Assembly (NCBI RefSeq): GCF_006345805.1
Contig: NC_043015.1
Location: 15,686,001 to 15,750,000 of the forward strand
Direction: 5' to 3'
Source of the DNA: Octopus sinensis
Taxonomy: Eukaryota
DNA: 64,000 nt
Part shown: one piece after another, positions 58,201 through 64,000 of the stretch
Layout of the letters: every line of letters begins with the position of its first letter
Position numbering within the stretch: position 1 is the first letter of the stretch
Notes under the pieces: generated by a model
The model's input: the letters and a program-made list of their open reading frames with translations, nothing else
Told to the model about the DNA's origin: nothing
Databases searched by the model: none
Program-made: the position numbers and the translations under genes

Positions 58201-58879
58201 TATAATTATGCATATATACAAGTACACACACTCACACATACACACACACACACACACATATGTATATTTACGTATGTTGCTGAGTAACCAGCTATAAATG
58301 ATGTTAATCTTAAATTTTTCTTTTATTTCCATCCTTTCAGCTTTACATTGAAGGGGACTCTTTCTAATACGGCAATTTCACTTTGCTTCAGGCGCTTTTT
58401 CCAGACGATGCAAATTTCCATTTGGCAAAACACAACCAGTTTCCTTGTAGTCTATGATTTTTCCATCTAATATACGTATGTATATGAATTCACGTGTATG
58501 TGCGTGTGTATTTGTGTGTGTATGTGTGTGTGTGTGCATGCGTGTGTATGTGTGTGTCTCTGCCTGTGTCTGTCTGTCTGTGTGTATGTAGATACACATG
58601 CACACATATGGATACGTACATCTATACACAGATGCGCATATATCATCATCATCAGATTAAGCTTGCATGGTGTATTAGTTTGACGCTCGGGAAGGTGAGA
58701 AAGTCTTTTACGTTTCGAGCTTACGCTCGTCAATAGGAAGGAACACGAGAAATTTAAACAAAGAGAGAATTAAAAAACTTGTGAATTTAGCGGTCAGTTT
58801 AGCGACTGGTTGAAAAGAGGTAGTTGGACATGAGAGCTAGGAAGATGGAGAGATAATAAAGTACTGGTGATCCCCAAAC

Positions 58880-59290
58880 GGTGAGCGTGCGTTGTGCATG
58901 TGAGAGTGTGTAAGCGTGTGCGTGTGGATAGGGGCTAATAACTTTGACGTGTGGATGTGTGAGTGTGTGTGTGTGCGCCTGCAATATGTGGGTATGTGGA
59001 TGGTGGTGTGTGGGTGTGCGGATGATGGTGTGTGGGTGTGCAGATGATGTATGTGGTGTGGGTGTTGGAAAGTGGTCAGTGCTACTGTGTGTGGAGTGGT
59101 GTAGGGTGGTGTGGTATGACGATGTGTGGTAGTGGAAAAGTAAGGGTGAGGTGAGGATGTGGGTGGGGAAGATTGGGGTGAGGTGAGGATGTGGCGCAGG
59201 GGTGGGTGTGTGGGAGGGGGGTGTATGGGGTGGGTGGGGTGGAGAGGGTATCAATGAAGAGAGGAGGGGATGTGTGCCCATGTGGGGCAA
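58880..59290. repeat. G/T-rich low-complexity tract with G-runs
   Basis: (TG)n and (TGG)n grading into ggggtgggtgtgtgggagggggtgtatggggtgggtgggg. Confidence 0.8.
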
Positions 59291-59441
59291 AGGAACGAAT
59301 AGAGAAGATTAATTCCTGTTCACGATGAAGGCGGGAGTCCGAATGGCCCAGTGCAAAGATAATCCTCACACAGACAGGTGTTGTAATGAATGACCAGTAG
59401 AGCGGAAATGGCGCGAGACCGGGGTGTCATTGCCGATTCTT

Positions 59442-59486
<45 letters not shown>

Positions 59487-59664
59487 AATTATTAGAGAGT
59501 TTACAAATTTATACATAAATTATACATAAATATATACATATGTATAAATTTATGTATAAATTTGTATTTTCTCCCTAGTTTTTTGTGCTAAGCCACTTGG
59601 TGTTAAATTAATGGTATTATTAAATTAATATCAATTTTTCACCCTCATTTATAAATTTATATAT

Positions 59665-60322
59665 ATACGCCTTGAATGGTCCTTTTACATACTGAACACT
59701 ACTTGGTGAAATTAATTAATAATTAATTGATTTTACCCTTAATCATTGATAATACAATTCCTTTCTCCCTGTTCTTTTACTGCGGTTCTCACCGTTATAA
59801 CCTGTTTACTATATAACTCACGTGGATGGAAGCGGGAAGAACATAAATCTTCACTCGTACTGTTTGAATTTGCTGGCACTGGCAGCTTGGAGATGTTTGT
59901 CTGAGATCATTCATGTCGGACGGGTATGTTCAGTTTTTTAGTGCTTTCAAATCCAATTTAAGAAATGTTGAGCTGACGAAAGAAATGTCGAGTTTTTAAT
60001 CCGACTTATCTAGAAACGTGAGCGTTCTCAAATAATCTTTGTACATGTGATATTTTGCATTTTGCCTCCATATCTTCGTGAGTTATTTTTGAGTAAACAC
60101 TATCTGGGAGACTCTTCTTAAAGTAGTGGAAATAGCTAAAAAAACCTTTTTTGGCTGCTATTTTTAAAAATTTCAGTATGTGGCAAAGTAAATTATTTTA
60201 CTGAGCCCTAATTATATAACGTAATATATTGAATACGCCTTGAATGGTCCTTTTACATACTGAACACCACTTGGTGAAATTAATTAATAATTAATTGATT
60301 CTACCCTTAATCATTGATAATA
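59665..60322. repeat. 90-bp direct repeat (59665-59754 and 60233-60322), 2 mismatches
   Basis: atacgccttgaatggtccttttacatactgaacac(t/c)acttggtgaaattaattaataattaattgatt(t/c)tacccttaatcattgataata. Confidence 0.92.
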
Positions 60323-60330
60323 TATATATA

Positions 60331-60712
60331 TCTCTCTCTATATAAACGGCAGTTTGTCTGTGCGTTTTCTGTGTGTCTGTTTTCTCGTACCCTCACTCTG
60401 ACCACGGCTTTCAACCGATTCTGATGAAACTTGACACACACATAGCCCAATGACATAATTCAAAACTAACGCAGCGAAAATTTTGAAAAGTTCCCCCAGT
60501 TCTGAAAAAAATCGATAAATTCGACATGGGGTCGAGAATCAGAAACCCAAACCACAGACTGTCTAGGGGACGCAACTCCACCTTTTTTAACTCTCAAAAA
60601 AAATTTACCATCATTTTTTTTCCATTTTTTTGCTATTTTTGGCTATAACTCTAAAAATGCTTTATAGTTATTTCCCTTACAAACCTGAGCAATGCCGGGC
60701 GATACTGCTAGT
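60331..60712 (-). mobile_element. Non-autonomous Helitron-like element sharing its 5' ~130 bp with 57047-57345 but with a different 3' part
   Basis: Minus strand starts actagcagtatcgcccggcattgctcaggtttgtaagggaaataactat; ends ...cagacaaactgccgtttatatagagagaga. Confidence 0.75.
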
Positions 60713-60747
60713 ATATATATATGTGTGTGTGGTGTGTGTGTGTGTGT

Positions 60748-60797
<50 letters not shown>

Positions 60798-60799
60798 AA

Positions 60800-61005
60800 A
60801 GGCGGCTAGCTGGCAGAATCGTTAGCACGCCGGGGGAAATGCTTAGAGTATTTCGTCCGTCTTCACGTTCTGTGTTCAAACTCTGCCAAGGTTTACTTTG
60901 CCTTTCATTCTTTCGGGATCGATAAATTAATTACCAGTTGAGTACTGAGATCGATGTAATTGACTACACCTCCCCCAAATTTCAGGCCTTATGCCTATAG
61001 TTGAA
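60800..61005 (+). mobile_element. SINE family 2
   Basis: ggcggctagctggcagaatcgttagcacgccggg...gtgttcaaactctgcc. Confidence 0.85.
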
Positions 61006-61379
61006 AGTATATATATATATATATTGATAGAAATGGTAAGACAACAAAAGAATGAAAGAGACCTCGATATCATGTAGAGGAATTTATCTGTAAATATATG
61101 TGACAATTATTCAGAAGCCATGATAAAACTCCGAGTTTCAGTTGTCGGGGCAGAAACCCGCGCCGCCATCTCTTCAATCATTCGACCATCGAAAAAATGC
61201 TATGAAAATGACCGTTAAACAAAGGGAAATTACTGTGTGGTTGACCGTTATTAAGACAAAAGAGCTATTAGAAGGACCGCTAAGTGAGGCGGGTGAGTAA
61301 AGGTAAGGGAGTAAAAATATTCATAGTATTCACGTAAGCGCGCATGTCCATACCTACACATGCGCGCCCGCTCACCCAC

Positions 61380-61915
61380 GTACATGCGCCTATACTCATC
61401 TACCCTCACTTGAAACACACACATGCTCACCCACACATTCGCCAAAATATATATACATGCACGCTCGCACGCACACGCGCACAAAAAGGTTCCTACACAC
61501 GTCTATATACGTACATGTACATGAAAAACAGATTAAAGGGAAAATAAGCATAAAAAATAAGCAATAAGAGTAAAATACGTTTATATACGCACATACCCGT
61601 ATGCACGCACACACAAACACACTAACGTCTATATACGCGAACACCCTCACACGTCTATATACGCACACACGCGCGCGCGCACAAAAATGTTCATACACAC
61701 GTCTATGTACGTACGTGCACAAGAAAAAACAGCGCTAAAGGCAAAATACAGGAAAAAGTGTAAAAAATATGTAAAAATAGGCACTGAGTAGAACACGTCT
61801 ATATATGCACATACTCGCATGCACGCACGCACACACACACACACACACGTCTATATACGCACATACTCGCATGCACGCACACATCCACACGCACGCACAC
61901 ATCCACACGCACGCA
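61380..61915 (+). repeat. Tandem cacacgtctatatacg-based repeat with A-rich spacers; inverted copy at 63620-64000
   Basis: ggcaaaatacaggaaaaagtgtaaaaaatatgtaaaaataggca versus the reverse complement of tgcctatttttacacatttcttacactttttcgtgtattttgcc. Confidence 0.8.
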
Positions 61916-63060
61916 CAAAAGATTGGACTATTCCTACTCGGTACGTTGGGCAAGACTTTTCCTGACGTATACTTCGCCATCTACAAAGATGATGCCCTCG
62001 CCTTAACCGCAAATACCAATGGACCAGCACAAAATCGGTTTAGGAAGGACATTATCCATTTGATGAAAACCTTCTTTCTTAGCATATCTACAGACACCAA
62101 CCTGACGGTTGCCAATTTCCTAGATGTATCCTTAGATCTAAATAAGAATATTTATAAACCTTATAGGAAGCCTAACAATAGACTTAGTTATATTCATGTG
62201 GGTTCCTGCCATCCCCCGCCCCATAGTGTGTACAAATTTAGTTAAAAACATTAGCAAAAGAATTTCTAGCCTCTCCTCCGATAGGGACACTTCTAATAGC
62301 GTTGCCCTAGTATATAATAAGGCTCTAAAAGATGGTGGATTTAGCGAGGAAATAACCTATACACCTGGCACCAGTCCAATAATAAAGAAGAGGAAATATA
62401 GGAATGGGAAAACTATCTGGTTCACACTCCCCTACTCACCCGAAGTGTCCTTCAATATAGGCAAGTATTTCTTAGCACTGATAGATAGATATTTTCCAGC
62501 CAACCATAGTTAAAGAAAGCTCTTCAATAGACATAACTTAAAAATCAGTTTCGGCTGAACTACTAATTTAAAAAAATATAATCGCACACAACACACAAAA
62601 ACCACAATATGAAACCAGCTGTTCATGCAGGAATAAAAATTTGTGCCCGCTAAATGGAGCTTGCATGTCCGAGATCATCATTTATGAAGCCACCGTGGAC
62701 TCTATATCCACTAAGGACACGGTTTCGACGAATAAATACGCGGGCCTTACAGAGGGTAATTTCAAGGCCATGTTCAATAATCACACCTTGAGCTTCAGGC
62801 ACTGGGACAAAAGGAAAACGACCAAATTATCCAGTCATACATGATCCTTAAAAGATAAAGGTGTCAGTTACAACATCCATTGGAAGATCTTAGCCAAATC
62901 TAAGCCCTACACCAACGGCAGTGGAAAGTGCGGTCTTTGTGATATGGAAAGATGGCTCATCAAGAAAAGTAGCTTAGACCCCGCTACATGTCTGAATTCA
63001 AGAACTGAACTTTTCGGTTCATGTCCATGTGTGGCTAAATATTTGTTACGTTTTTGGTCC
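61915..63060 (+). mobile_element. Penelope-like element (RT C-terminal half + GIY-YIG endonuclease), 5'-truncated and decayed
   Basis: AIYKDDAL, NFLDVSLDL, KPYRKPNN, YIHVGSCHPP, CPLNGAC...IIYEATV...YAGLTEGNFK..FNNHTLSFR, WKILAKSKPY...KCGLCDMERWLI. Confidence 0.92.
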
Positions 63061-63154
63061 CCCCCCCCCACCGAGATTACAGATAGGACTTGCTTTCTAT
63101 ATTGTGTCCATGTACAAGCTGTTTATCTCTCTATGCTTTTTACTTATATTTCTT

Positions 63155-63332
63155 TGATTGGCTGTGTGGTAAATAGCTTGCTTACGAACCACATGGTTCC
63201 GGGTTAAGTCCCACTACCTGGCACCTTCGGCAAGTGTCTTCTACTATTGCCTCGGACCGACCAAAGCCTTGCGAGTGGATTTGGTAGAGGAAACTGAAAG
63301 AAGCCCGTCGTATATATGTGTGTGTATATATA

Positions 63333-63373
<41 letters not shown>

Positions 63374-63598
63374 TGTGTGTGTGTGTTTGTGTGTCTGCGT
63401 TTGTCCCTCCCCAACATTGCTTGACAACCGATACCGGTGTGTTTACGTCCCCTAACTTAGCAGTCAGGCAAAAGGGACCCATAGAATAAGTACTAGGCTT
63501 ACAAAGAATAAGTCCTGGGGTCGATTTGCTCGACTAAAGGCGGTGCTCCGGCATGGCCACAGTCACATGACTGAAACAAGTAAAAGAGTAAAAGAGTA
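63155..63598 (+). mobile_element. tRNA-derived SINE family 1
   Basis: ggctgtgtggtaaatagcttgc...ggttccgggttaagtcccact...gactgaaacaagtaaaagagtaaaagag. Confidence 0.9.
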
Positions 63599-63619
63599 AT
63601 ATATATATATTTCTTACAT

Positions 63620-63905
63620 ATTATAGATATTGTTTTATAGGTTTATTGCTTATATATTTTTACACATATTTTTTTCTGTATTCTGCCTTCCACCCTGCAT
63701 TTTCCCTGTGCGTATATAGACGTGTATATGGAATCTTTTGTGCTCGCGTGTGGATGAGTGCGTGTGTGCGAGTATGTGCGTATATAGACGTATTTAACTC
63801 ATTGCCTATTTTTACACATTTCTTACACTTTTTCGTGTATTTTGCCTTTAGACCTGTTTATTCTTGTGCATGTGCGTATATAGATATGCGTATGAACTAT
63901 TTTGT

Positions 63906-63945
<40 letters not shown>

Positions 63946-64000
63946 ATATAGACGTGTGCGGATGTGCTCGTATATAGACGTGTGTGTATATGAGTGCGTG
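63620..64000 (-). repeat. Inverted copy of the 61380-61915 repeat, running off the window edge
   Basis: Repeated gtatatagacgtgt. Confidence 0.8.

Noticed and set aside
59395-59430. gcggaaatggcgcg ETS/YY1-like promoter motif
   Set aside because: Single motif beside low-complexity repeats with no other support.

Overview
AT-rich eukaryotic DNA, dense in microsatellites and retroposons. The tRNA-derived SINE families and (TA)n/(TATG)n/(CA)n load point to a coleoid cephalopod, most likely Octopus (inference). The only host gene I can support is a minus-strand kexin/furin-family proprotein convertase (subtilase S8B). Five GT-AG exons (35437-35583, 30531-30610, 22142-22230, 9446-9618, 4683-4922) join in compatible phases into 729 nt / 243 aa carrying catalytic Asp, catalytic His and oxyanion Asn. 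The catalytic-Ser exon appears to lie left of the window, and I could not recognise pro-domain exons. The rest is intronic or intergenic and filled with transposons: a full-length Tx1/L1-clade LINE nested in an LTR nested in a 15-bp satellite, short Tx1-like inserts with no reverse transcriptase sitting in SINE heads, RTE LINEs, Penelope-like elements (some with hammerhead ribozyme motifs), Tc1, mariner, a hAT MITE and Helitron remnants. The most interesting signals are an apparent Tx1-LINE/SINE shared 3' tail with insertions into SINE heads, a hammerhead-bearing palindrome, and non-canonical residues in the convertase. All alignments were done by eye; furin numbering is from memory.
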